Assembly: GCA_022771205.1 (NCBI GenBank)
Contig: JALFCF010000003.1
Coordinates: 200,085 to 264,084 of the forward strand
DNA: 64,000 nt
Source of the DNA: Mycoplasmatota bacterium
Lineage (GTDB): Bacteria; Bacillota_I; Bacilli_A; RF39; UBA660
Direction of reading: 5' to 3'
Below, one piece after another: positions 17,061-27,500 of the stretch. A model generated the notes under the pieces. That model saw only the letters and a list, made by a program, of their open reading frames with translations, did no database searches and was not told the DNA's origin. The translations under genes were made by a program, and so were the position numbers. The stretch's first letter is position 1. The number at the start of each line of letters is the position of its first letter.

Positions 17061-17999
17061 TTATGAATTTTCTAAAATAAATAATTCTATTAAAAAATTA
17101 CCATCAACATCACTTGATTTAATTTTTAAATCCATATCCGCAAGTTTTCTTAATATTGTTCTAAGTTCTTGCTCACTATAATATCTAGTTAACTCTCTAG
17201 TCTTTTGAATTCTATATGGTTTTTCTCCCAAGATATCCGCAATTTCTTGATTTAAATTAGTTCTTTTTTCAAGTATTTTAACTTGATACATAATCAAAAA
17301 TTGACTAGCAAGTAATCCAATTAAAGGTATCGCATCAATAGAATACTCTTCTAACTCATGATACTTATCTAAAGCACCTTTTTTATCTTTAGAAGCAAGA
17401 ACCCTAACAAAATCAAATGTTAAATCTCTAGAATCTCCTAATTTTTTAATAACTAACTCATCTACATCTTGAAGAGAAATCTTTTTAGTATCTATTCGAT
17501 ATAATTTTAATTTCTCACATTCCTGATGAATTCTGCCAATATCTTCTAAAGTATAACTAACAAGAGCTCTGACAACACCATTTTCTAATGTATATCCTTG
17601 TAATTCTTGCTTTGTAAAATCTACTGCATTAGTAGTAAGACTAATATACTCTAAATTCTTTTTTAATTCCTTAGTTATCTTCTTAGTATTATTTAATTTT
17701 CTAGCAGTTACAATAACTAAAATAGTATCTAGAGGATCTTTAAAATATTTCAAAAAATGTTCAATATCTTTTTCATTACCTTCAACAGTTAGAGATTCAA
17801 TATTAGAAATAATAATAACTTTTTTTTCTGAAAACAATCCATAAGTATCCAAATCTTCTAAAGCATTTGATAGAGGAACTTCCTCCATATCATAAGAATG
17901 AACAGGAGAATCTTTAAACAAACATTTATCTATTAATTCCTCTATCTTCATAGAAACTAGATAATTATCTTCACTTTCTAATAAATAATTATTCTTCAT
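17061..17999 (-). CDS. holA: DNA polymerase III delta subunit
   Basis: YLL.SEDNYL, DLDTYGLFSEKKVII, ECEKLKLY, TFDFVR, LADMDLKIKS. Confidence 0.88.
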   Translation of the reverse strand: MKNNYLLESEDNYLVSMKIEELIDKCLFKDSPVHSYDMEEVPLSNALEDLDTYGLFSEKKVIIISNIESLTVEGNEKDIEHFLKYFKDPLDTILVIVTARKLNNTKKITKELKKNLEYISLTTNAVDFTKQELQGYTLENGVVRALVSYTLEDIGRIHQECEKLKLYRIDTKKISLQDVDELVIKKLGDSRDLTFDFVRVLASKDKKGALDKYHELEEYSIDAIPLIGLLASQFLIMYQVKILEKRTNLNQEIADILGEKPYRIQKTRELTRYYSEQELRTILRKLADMDLKIKSSDVDGNFLIELFILENS

Positions 18000-20682
18000 T
18001 TCTTAACACTTTCTCAATATGTGTATAAATCTTTGGTAAAGCATCTTTAGTTTTTCCTCCACCTTGAGCAAACGTTGGACTACCTCCACCATTACCTAAA
18101 GACGATACAGCAGCATCTTTAACAATAAGACCACTATTAGCATGACAACTACTACGAGATAAGAAATTAATACTTCCATCTTCTTTAATATTAGCAAAGA
18201 AAACAAATCCAGTACCCATCTCTTCAATCATCGCATCAGCAACACTCTTAAGTAAACTAACATCTTTATTTTCAACTGTCATAATAAGACCAAACGTACC
18301 ATTATAATCCTTAATATGTTCACGATAAATATCTAAGTTAGAAAGAACTTGTTTTTCTCTTAATTGATGATATTTCTTTTCTAAATCTCTAACCTCTTGT
18401 TGAACGTATTGTAATTCATTTCTGTTGAAAATAATATCCTTATATGATTCTGGTTTATCATGATTAATATCTACATCAAAATCCAATTGGATACCAACTT
18501 CCTTAGCTTCATCCATAATCTCTTTAGCCTTCATAAGTAATTTAATCATCTCATCATTATAAGGCTTAATAACATCAAATAAAGTACTCTCAATTTTACC
18601 ATCTGTAGTTGCTTCAATTCTATATAAATTGCTTCCTTTAGATTCATATGAATAAATAGCAAACTTTTCAATATCCTTAGTGTTAGCCGCATGAGTACCA
18701 CCACATAATTCTATAGATTTGCCAATTTTAACAACTCTAACAATATCTCCATATTTTTCATTAAATAATGCCATAGCACCAATTTGTTTAGCTTTATCAA
18801 TCGGCATAACCTCTGTAGAAATAATAATACGTTTATTAATCATATCATTAACAAAGTTTTCAACTTCAATAATCTTATCATCAGTCATCTTACCAGAATA
18901 AGTAAAATCAAAACGAAGTTTATCACCATCTACATAACTTCCAGCTTGTCTTATTTGACTTGATACACATTGTTGTAGGGCATATTGTAACATATGTACA
19001 CTAGAGTGATTACTTTCAGTTCTCTTACGACGATCTTTATCCAGTACAATTTCACACTCATCGTTAGCACTAATATATCCATCTAATAATTTTACTTTAT
19101 GAATATGTTGTCTATTAGGCGCTTTAAAACAATCAAGTAAACGAGCTTTGAAATTTTTACCAATAATCATACCAGTATCACTAACTTGTCCACCAGACTC
19201 AGCATAGCAACAAGTTCTCTTTAAAGCAATATAACAATCATGATCAATTCTATCAGCAATACTATCTTTAGAAAAAATCGCTAAAACATTAGTTTTCAAA
19301 CGATAAATACCATAAACAAATTGACTATCTTCTTTAAAATCTAATAATACTTTCTTTTGACTAGCCATAGCAGATTTATTTTTGGCATTCTTTTTAGCAA
19401 GTTCTTTTTGAGCATCCATATATTTATCAAATTCTTCTTTAGAGACTTTATATCCTAATTCTGTTAAATACTCCTCAGTAAGTTCAAATGGAAAACCATA
19501 AGTATCATATAATCTAAAAGCATCTTCACCACTAATAGTTCCATCCATAGATTCTTCTACTAACTCTTTTAAACGACGTTCTCCAGCTTCTAATGTTTTT
19601 AAAAACAATTTTTCTTCTTCCAAAACCAAAGTTTCAACTTTTACCCAATTTTCAGTTAAATAAGGATAAGCCTCTTTCATAGTCTCTACTACTTCTGAAA
19701 CCAATTTATAAAGAAATGGTCCTTCCAAACCTAAATTCTTACCATAGCGAACACTACGACGTAGTAATCTACGAAGTACATAACCACGACCATTATTATC
19801 AAAGAATGCACCATCTGCTAATGCAAAAGTGATTGCTCTAATATGATCAGCAATAATTTTAAATTCTTTTTGACCATCATACTCAAAACCAACTAATTCT
19901 TCAATATGTTTAATAATCGGTTGAAATAAATCTGTTTCAAAGTTACTATCTACATTTTGAAAAATACAGCACCATCTTTCAAGACCAGCACCAGTATCTA
20001 TATTTTTACTAGGAAGTTCTTTATACTCACTTCTTGAAACTCCAGCTTTAGCATTAAATTGACTAAAAACATTATTCCATATTTCAACAAATCTTTCTTG
20101 TTCTTCATCTTTTCTAAATTTTTCTAAAGCATCATGATTAGGATCATATTTCTCACCACGATCAAAGAATATTTCAGAATCAGGTCCACATGGTCCTTCG
20201 CCAATCTCCCAGAAATTTTCTTCTAATTTTACTAAATGACTTTCATCAAGACCAACTTCAACCCATTTTTGATATGCTTCATGGTCATCTGGATAAACCG
20301 TAACATAAAGTAAATCTTTAGGAATAGCAAACCATTCTTCTCCAGTTAGTAATTCAAATGCATATTCAATGGCTTGTTCTTTAAAATAATCTCCCACAGA
20401 AAAATTACCCATCATCTCAAAAAACGTTTGATGTCTTTTAGTAATACCAACATTTTCAATATCATTTGTACGAATACATTTTTGAATATTAACAAGTCTT
20501 CTACACTCAGGTACTTCTCTTCCATCAAAATATTTCTTTAAAGGTGTAACTCCCGCATTAATCCATAACAAACTATCATCATTAATAGGAACAAGAGACG
20601 CACTATCTACTTTTTTATGTCCTTTACTTTCAAAAAATCGAAACCACGTATTTCGAATATCATCATGACTCATATATTTCAT
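17989..20682 (-). CDS. alaS: alanine--tRNA ligase
   Basis: INAGVTPLK, QKCIRTNDI, HQTFFEMMGNFS, GPCGPDSEIF, IDTGAGLER, GYVLRRLLRR, YAESGGQV, ELCGGTH, GGGSPTFAQGG. Confidence 0.98.
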   Translation of the reverse strand: MKYMSHDDIRNTWFRFFESKGHKKVDSASLVPINDDSLLWINAGVTPLKKYFDGREVPECRRLVNIQKCIRTNDIENVGITKRHQTFFEMMGNFSVGDYFKEQAIEYAFELLTGEEWFAIPKDLLYVTVYPDDHEAYQKWVEVGLDESHLVKLEENFWEIGEGPCGPDSEIFFDRGEKYDPNHDALEKFRKDEEQERFVEIWNNVFSQFNAKAGVSRSEYKELPSKNIDTGAGLERWCCIFQNVDSNFETDLFQPIIKHIEELVGFEYDGQKEFKIIADHIRAITFALADGAFFDNNGRGYVLRRLLRRSVRYGKNLGLEGPFLYKLVSEVVETMKEAYPYLTENWVKVETLVLEEEKLFLKTLEAGERRLKELVEESMDGTISGEDAFRLYDTYGFPFELTEEYLTELGYKVSKEEFDKYMDAQKELAKKNAKNKSAMASQKKVLLDFKEDSQFVYGIYRLKTNVLAIFSKDSIADRIDHDCYIALKRTCCYAESGGQVSDTGMIIGKNFKARLLDCFKAPNRQHIHKVKLLDGYISANDECEIVLDKDRRKRTESNHSSVHMLQYALQQCVSSQIRQAGSYVDGDKLRFDFTYSGKMTDDKIIEVENFVNDMINKRIIISTEVMPIDKAKQIGAMALFNEKYGDIVRVVKIGKSIELCGGTHAANTKDIEKFAIYSYESKGSNLYRIEATTDGKIESTLFDVIKPYNDEMIKLLMKAKEIMDEAKEVGIQLDFDVDINHDKPESYKDIIFNRNELQYVQQEVRDLEKKYHQLREKQVLSNLDIYREHIKDYNGTFGLIMTVENKDVSLLKSVADAMIEEMGTGFVFFANIKEDGSINFLSRSSCHANSGLIVKDAAVSSLGNGGGSPTFAQGGGKTKDALPKIYTHIEKVLRNEE

Positions 20683-20683
20683 A

Positions 20684-21250
20684 CTACTTATCTCCTTCTT
20701 GTTTTTCAATATCTTCTAGTATCTCTATTAACCTCTTTTTATAATTTTCTAAACTTCCATTGTTAAATAAGAAATAATCCGCATAAGCAATAGGTCCACC
20801 CTTAGCCAAATTTTCGATTTCAGCCACATCTCGATAAATAATGTCTTCTCGAGAAAAAGGTCTTTCTATTCGACTACCAACACGTTTATAACGTAACTCT
20901 TTATCAACAACCACACAAATAAGTTTAAGTTCAGGAAAACGTTCAATCAAATATTTATACTCATACCAAGAATATAAACCATCTAGAACAACATTACCTT
21001 TTTCCAAAGCTTCTCTTATATCTGGTTCTAAGAACTTAGCATAACATTCAGGCCCATGTTCACGTCTTAAATTTTCACGAAACTCCTTTTCACTTTTACC
21101 GTCTGGCGTTCTTTCAATACCAGCTTCAGCCATAAGTTTATAAGTAATTCCACCAAAATATAATTTAGTCCAACCTTTACCTTCTAAATAATCAGTAGCA
21201 ATACTTTTACCACTACCACTCATTCCAACAACAGCAACTAATTTATTCAT
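20684..21250 (-). CDS. P-loop NMP-kinase-fold protein (archaeal/CPR-type dephospho-CoA-kinase-like, UPF0200-like)
   Basis: VGMSGSGKS, VVLDGLYSWYE, RYKR..SR..RP, ADYFLFNNGS. Confidence 0.75.
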   Translation of the reverse strand: MNKLVAVVGMSGSGKSIATDYLEGKGWTKLYFGGITYKLMAEAGIERTPDGKSEKEFRENLRREHGPECYAKFLEPDIREALEKGNVVLDGLYSWYEYKYLIERFPELKLICVVVDKELRYKRVGSRIERPFSREDIIYRDVAEIENLAKGGPIAYADYFLFNNGSLENYKKRLIEILEDIEKQEGDK

Positions 21251-21801
21251 ATAATCTCTCCTTCCTCTTGCTTTTCTAACGCTATAATCTTATCAGCCTC
21301 TGAAAACAATCTTTCCTTAGACGTATTACGAACAATATAATCGTAATTTTTATATTGTTCCATTTCTGTTTCCGTAATATGTTGCTTTTCAGCATCAGTA
21401 AGTTTATTATCATAATCCTCACGAATAACATGGACAATTTTAGTACCAGGAAATCTACGCTTTAATTCTTCAAATTCAAATAATAACCTACCATCAGCTA
21501 TAATAAATACATCAAAAAAGTTTTTCAAAATATCAATATCTTCAGTAAGTCTATCAAGCAAAAAATATTTTTTTCCTAATTTTTTTTGAATAACTTCAAT
21601 TCCCATCTCCTGTAAAAATTCACGAGGCTTTTCAGCCATATTTCCATTCCAACTAAAATAATTTTTAGCATATTCATACAAAGGAGTTGTTATATGTAAA
21701 ATACAAGCGTTATGTCCTTGAAAGTCATATTGTGTTTTCATATATCTCCCCATTAAATCTTTACCGCTCCCCGCTTTTCCAGCTAATAAATATATTTTCA
21801 T
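21247..21801 (-). CDS. P-loop NMP-kinase-fold protein (dNMP kinase / phosphomevalonate kinase-like)
   Basis: AGKAGSGKD, PREFLQEMG, IIADGR..FE, QHITETEM, YDYIVRN. Confidence 0.7.
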   Translation of the reverse strand: MKIYLLAGKAGSGKDLMGRYMKTQYDFQGHNACILHITTPLYEYAKNYFSWNGNMAEKPREFLQEMGIEVIQKKLGKKYFLLDRLTEDIDILKNFFDVFIIADGRLLFEFEELKRRFPGTKIVHVIREDYDNKLTDAEKQHITETEMEQYKNYDYIVRNTSKERLFSEADKIIALEKQEEGEII

Positions 21802-21819
21802 AATTCCTCCTAAATACAA

Positions 21820-21995
21820 ATAAAAGACCTAACTAGGAGTGCATAATACACGGTACCATCCTAGTTTGGTCTTAATTTAGATAACGGCAAGGCCGATAAA
21901 ACTCATAAAGTAGCTTCTTAAAGAATAAGCAAACTATTTTCACCATCCATAGTCTCTCTAAACACTTTAATTCTTTAATACTTATCTTTAATCCT
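21820..21995 (-). ncRNA. T-box riboswitch, Ala specifier (GCU)
   Basis: Minus strand shows stem I with AGAGA and GGTGA boxes, TTAAAGAAT/ATTCTTTAA helix, specifier loop GAA-GCT-A (21912-21914), T-box bulge TGGTACC (21852-21858), and terminator AAGACC..CTAGGA/TCCTAG..GGTCTT with T-tract; alaS is downstream. Confidence 0.92.
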
Positions 21996-22002
21996 CGTTT
22001 TA

Positions 22003-23169
22003 TTATTCTTTTATTTCATCCCCTGTAACTTTACCAATAACATCGATTTTTTCATTAATAAATGTTATAACAATTTTTAATGCTGCAATAACAGGAGTTG
22101 CAACAATCATACCTATAATACCAAAGAAATGTTGGAAAATCAATAGTCCTAACATAATTGTTACTGGATGTAACTTCATCGTATGACTCATAATCAAAGG
22201 TTGATAAAAATTATTTTCTAAAAGTTGAACTACTATAATAGAAATAACACAACAAATTCCAACAATTGGATCAGTCATAAATCCTACTAGTACTATTGGA
22301 ACAGCCCCTATATAAGGACCAAAATAAGGAATAACATCAGTTAATGCACAAAAGAAAGCAAAAACTAAAGGAGCTTGTAAACCGCTGATAGTAAGTCCAA
22401 TGGCTTGAGTAATAAACACCAATGTCATAACAAGCAAAATACCCTGTACATAGCTACGTAAAGATTCATTCAAGCGAACACTAAGTTCACTAGCACCTTT
22501 CTTCCAACTTCTAGGAAGTAGAGAAATAATTCCACGATTAATTTTATCAAAATCAAATAACATATAAAAACCAATCATAAGTCCTAAGAAGAAAGAAACA
22601 CCTCCACTAACAATTCCAGATACAAAACTAATAGCCATATCAGGAATGCGAGTAGAAAGATTTACTCCAAACGTTTCTACAGAATGATATAAATGGTCCT
22701 TTACACTAGAAAGATCATAATCAAAAGTACGTGACAAATCTGCAATAATATTATTAAAGAAATCTTTAGAATCATTAACTAAATCCGGAATGTTTCCAAT
22801 AAAATCTTTAACTTGACTTCCCATAGCTGGAAAAAGTAAAGCAACTATTAAAAATAACACTACAATAAACAATAAATAAACCAAAATACAAGCTAAAATT
22901 CTTGGTACTTTCTTTCCTTGTAAAATTTTAACTAAAGGATCTAAAAGCCAAGCAATAATTAATCCAATAAAAATAGGCGAAATAACTGCTAAAAACTCTC
23001 CAACAAATTGTAGCACTTGCCACTCTTTAATAAGATATGTAACAAGTAACACTAAAGCAATAATGGCCATTACATAACCAATTTGCACTAATTTTTTACC
23101 AGTAGATAAAATATCATTTAAACTACTAATATCCACTTCTTTATCTTTTATTTTTCGAAACAGCACCAA
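22003..23169 (-). CDS. AI-2E family transporter
   Basis: IAWLLDPLV, YMLFDFDKI, IPYFGPYIG, QLLENNFYQP, LHPVTI; probable TTG start after GGGAG. Confidence 0.88.
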   Translation of the reverse strand: MVLFRKIKDKEVDISSLNDILSTGKKLVQIGYVMAIIALVLLVTYLIKEWQVLQFVGEFLAVISPIFIGLIIAWLLDPLVKILQGKKVPRILACILVYLLFIVVLFLIVALLFPAMGSQVKDFIGNIPDLVNDSKDFFNNIIADLSRTFDYDLSSVKDHLYHSVETFGVNLSTRIPDMAISFVSGIVSGGVSFFLGLMIGFYMLFDFDKINRGIISLLPRSWKKGASELSVRLNESLRSYVQGILLVMTLVFITQAIGLTISGLQAPLVFAFFCALTDVIPYFGPYIGAVPIVLVGFMTDPIVGICCVISIIVVQLLENNFYQPLIMSHTMKLHPVTIMLGLLIFQHFFGIIGMIVATPVIAALKIVITFINEKIDVIGKVTGDEIKE

Positions 23170-23342
23170 TATCAACTCCCTAATACTACCATATTCTTTA
23201 ATTATTATATCATATAAATTAGAAAAACGAATATGAAAACAATAAAATAATCTATCATTTACATCCAATAAAACTACAAAAATTGACAAAGAAAAAAAAT
23301 AATAATAATATAATAAAGAAAACTAACGAAAAAGGTGTATAC

Positions 23343-23927
23343 ATGAAAACCATAAAAGAAAATTCAAATAATGAAATAATCATCAAAAATTCTAGATTTA
23401 TTACATTACTCTTTAAAATAAAAGAAAAAGAAGATATTGAAATAATCCTAAAAGAAAGTAAACAAAAATACCCAAAAGCAACTCACTATTGTTATGCATA
23501 TAAAATAGGCGAAAATATAAAAAAAGCATCAGATGATGGTGAACCTGGTGGAACTGCCGGTATGCCGATGTTAAATATTCTAGATAAAGAAGATATTACT
23601 AATATTTTAGCAATAACTATCCGCTATTTTGGAGGTATCAAATTAGGAGCTGGAGGATTAATTAGAGCATATTCAAAATCTGTAAAAGAAGCTCTTAACA
23701 ATATAGAAAAAATTGAATTAATTAAAGGCGTTAAATGCAAAATAAGTTTTCCCTATACTAAAGAAAAAGAAATATTACAACAAATATCACATGAAAACAT
23801 TATCTCTAAAACCTATTTAGAAAAAATCACATATACTGTCTTATTACCCGCAGATTCTCCTATTTTAAATCAAGAAAACGTTACAATCTTAGAAAAAAAA
23901 TACATAGAAAAAGAGACCGCTAACTAG
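23343..23927 (+). CDS. yigZ: YigZ/IMPACT family protein
   Basis: IKNSRFI, ATHYCYAY, SDDGEPGGTAG.PML, IRYFGGIKLGAGGLIRAY. Confidence 0.93.
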   Translation: MKTIKENSNNEIIIKNSRFITLLFKIKEKEDIEIILKESKQKYPKATHYCYAYKIGENIKKASDDGEPGGTAGMPMLNILDKEDITNILAITIRYFGGIKLGAGGLIRAYSKSVKEALNNIEKIELIKGVKCKISFPYTKEKEILQQISHENIISKTYLEKITYTVLLPADSPILNQENVTILEKKYIEKETAN

Positions 23928-23935
23928 TCTCTTTT

Positions 23936-24508
23936 TTATATTCTTCCACTCTCTTTTAATTTCTTATATTGTATTAACTTTCGATAATAACATTTAGGAC
24001 AAACAGCCTCATAAGTAACTCCCTCTTCTTTTAAAATCTTCTCACCAGAAAAGGTTATCTTCCCATCCTTCTTACGAATACTAAATAAAGCTTCTCTACC
24101 ACAAGAACAATAGGTTTTCTTAGATATTAAAACTTGAGCAATTTCTAATAGCCTTTTTGCTCCAGAAAAACCACTAGTTCTAAAATCAGTTCGAAGTCCT
24201 AAACATAAAACTGCTATATCTAAATTAATTGCCACTTGTAATAATTGATCAACCTGTATTTCAGACAACAAATGAGCATCATCTATAACTAATAATTGCA
24301 AATTAGGAAATTGCCGTTTAATAGTTAAGAAAAGATTCTCCTCTTTTCCTATCAAATAATCATAATTAGAAATATCACTTTTATGAGTAACTATAGGAGC
24401 CATAATCATAACAGATAAATGATACTTTAAAAATCTCTTTTTTAAAAAGAAAACTTTTTCACTTTTAAAAGCATGAACCGTACCATATTGAAAAGCTAAC
24501 CGAGCCAT
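23936..24508 (-). CDS. thymidine kinase homologue with a degenerate active site
   Basis: GLRTDFR...F.GAKRLL, CSCG and CPKC Zn ligands; Walker A reads GTVHAFKS and the DEAQF motif reads DDAHL. Confidence 0.75.
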   Translation of the reverse strand: MARLAFQYGTVHAFKSEKVFFLKKRFLKYHLSVMIMAPIVTHKSDISNYDYLIGKEENLFLTIKRQFPNLQLLVIDDAHLLSEIQVDQLLQVAINLDIAVLCLGLRTDFRTSGFSGAKRLLEIAQVLISKKTYCSCGREALFSIRKKDGKITFSGEKILKEEGVTYEAVCPKCYYRKLIQYKKLKESGRI

Positions 24509-24510
24509 AC

Positions 24511-27500
24511 TTATCCTTGCCTCTTCAAATATGTATAACTAAAAATACTGAGTCCAGAAAATAATAGAAGAAATCCAATAAACCAAAATAGCAAAGTATT
24601 TTTAGAAGTATTAGGAACTTCCACTTCCATTGCATTAAACATACTGACTACCTGAACATCACTTGTTTCGAAAACCTTAAAAGTTAAAGGAGCAGAAGAT
24701 AACTGATAACCATTTGGAGCTTTAACTTCACTTAATGTATAAGTTCCTGGATTTAAACGATTAATTACTTTAGAAGTTGATGTAGAATCCCATTCTTCAA
24801 CTACATCTCCCTTAGCATCCCGCAAAATGAAATGACCACCAGCAAGTTGTTCACCACCAACCATTGCTTTTTTATCAAACTGAACTTTAGTATAATCATT
24901 TGTAAATAATACAACATCATTAATATTACTATCAGATATAGTAAAAGTATAAGGATTAGAGTTCAAAATCATTCCATCTGGAACTTTAGATTGGATTAAT
25001 AAATAAGTACCATCAGTTAAAGTATCAGAAACAAATTCATTTTTTGAAACCTTATAAGTATCAATCAATTGATTATCTGTAGATAATAATTGAAATTCAT
25101 ATCCAGATACCCCATTAGTATCAATATGTAATTGTTTATTCTGAACAGAAATAGAAATAAATTCACTCTTTAACGCTACATTTTTAGTATTACCTGCAGC
25201 ATCGATATCAAAAGTAATGTTAGAATCATTGCCAACATAACCAGCTGGTGCACTTATTTCTTCCAAAATATAACTTCCAGCAGCAAGTCCACGAAAAACA
25301 GTAGCTTTATCCTCACTAATAAAGGTAATATCTTCCATACCACCGTCTACTCTAGACAGTTTAAGTGTCGCACCTGCAATATATTTTCCTGTAGATACAT
25401 CAACTTTTCCAAGTTTAACAACAGTTTTTTTATTTTTAAAGGAAACTTCAACATTTGGATTTTCCTCATCAATAGTAAAACTTTCTAAAGAATCATTAAT
25501 AACATAACCAGCTGGTGCTGACACTTCTTTTATATAATAGATTCCTTCATCTAAATCATTAAACATTTGATAATCATTTCCAGTTGTCCAAGTATCAACA
25601 ACTTCATAATTAGAATTTAACAGTTCCAAGGTTGCACCAGAAACAAATTCTTTAGTATCAGCATCTACTTTAGCAATCTTTACAGAAATTTTTTTATTCT
25701 TTAAAGTATAAGTTGACACAGTAGTATTATCATTAACTACTACCTTAACTCTTTCAGAACTGGTAACATAACCGGCTGGAGCTGATACTTCTTCTAAATA
25801 ATAAGTACCATTATCAAGCCCAGAAATCATATATAGATCATTGGAACTAATCCATTTTTCAACCACATCACCATCAGAATCAACCAACTGTAATTCTGCA
25901 CCCGAAATATAGTTCCCTGTATCAGCATCTATTTTGCCAAAATATAAAGCTTTTTTAGTATTCTTTAATGCAACAGATAGGTTTTTAGTATCTTTTTTTA
26001 TTTCAAAAGATACTGGATTAGGATTAAGTTGATATCCAGCAGGAGCTTCAACTTCTTTTGCAGTATAATGCCCAACCGCTAATTTTTCAATAACTATAGG
26101 AGTTGATTTAGAAACAAACTCTTTAACTTTATTACCATCTTCATTATAAATAACAATCTTAGCACCAGCTAAAAGTTTACCTGCTTCATCTATTTTTGAA
26201 ATCATAACTTCACTCTTCGTATTAGAAAACTTAATAGTAACTTTCTTAGACTGAGTATTAGAAATAGTAAATGGCATAGTATTAGTCTGTTGAACATATC
26301 CCTCTGGTGCACTCACTTCTTCTACTTGATAATTACCAGCAGGTAATCCTGTAAATATCTTCGCTTCGTCTGTAGTTAACCAACTAGCAATTTCCTCTTT
26401 AGTATCAGTATTAACAAGGCGAAGAACAGCTCCTGAAAGAACATCACCAGACTCTTCATCTACTTTTAAAATTTCCACTTGGTTCTTCATATCTTTCATA
26501 GTAATAGAAAGTTCCGTTGTTTCTTCTGTAATAGAAAAATCATAAGGTTCTGTATTCAAATAATAGCCATCTGGTGCCTGAACCTCTATAGCTTGATATT
26601 TACCAACAGATAAATTTGGTATAGTAACATAACCATCAGTAGAAGTAAAACGATACACCTCTTTACCTGCCTCGTCCACCACTTTAATAACTGCTCCAGC
26701 TAAAGATTCATTAGTATCAGAATCAACTTTACGAATCTGAACTGTAATTGGTGTATTAACAAGTCTAAAATCAGCATTCAAATCATCAGTATCCAAAATA
26801 ATTGATTGACTATCTGACTGCACCAAATAACCACTTGGAGCACTTTTTTCGACAACTGTATATTTCCCAGGAATAAGATCAGTAAGTGTTGTAGCCTCAG
26901 TAGTAGAATCAAAACTATGAACCAATTTCCTATCACTACCGATTTCTCGATAAACTTCTATTTTTGCACCAGCTAATAACTGATTAGTATTACCAGCAAT
27001 TTTTTCAATACGCAAACTTCCAGTAGGAAGAATAAGATTAGTAGAAGCAGAAGCTTGTTTAGAAGTAGCTTCAACAGCAGCGGCAATGGATAACTGCATA
27101 GCATCTTGATGACTAGTTGGACGATATTGATATGCCTCATATTCTTGATAATCCATAATAACATCAACTTGCAAAGATAATTTATCAGAAGATAATTTAT
27201 CTAAAGGTATTCTAATCTTAAAAGGCTCACCAGCAGCAATACTATCACCAGCCTGTACTACGTTACCACTTTTATTAATTAATTGAGCATCAGCCATACT
27301 TAAAGCAACTTTATAAGATGAATAATATATATTAGACGTTACTGAAATAAAATCAGTCTCTAAATATGAAAAAGTTGAATCTAAATGAAAATCACTAGAC
27401 GAAATAGAAAATTGAGGTTTTATATTTTCATATATTTCTTTTTGCTTTAAAGCATTAGTAACCAAATCATTAATAATAGAATAATATTTACTTGAAATAA

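Noticed and set aside
24511-27000. Adhesin repeats as DNA tandem repeats or a diversity-generating target
   Set aside because: Repeats are diverged protein domains with no near-identical template/variable pair, and there is no reverse transcriptase
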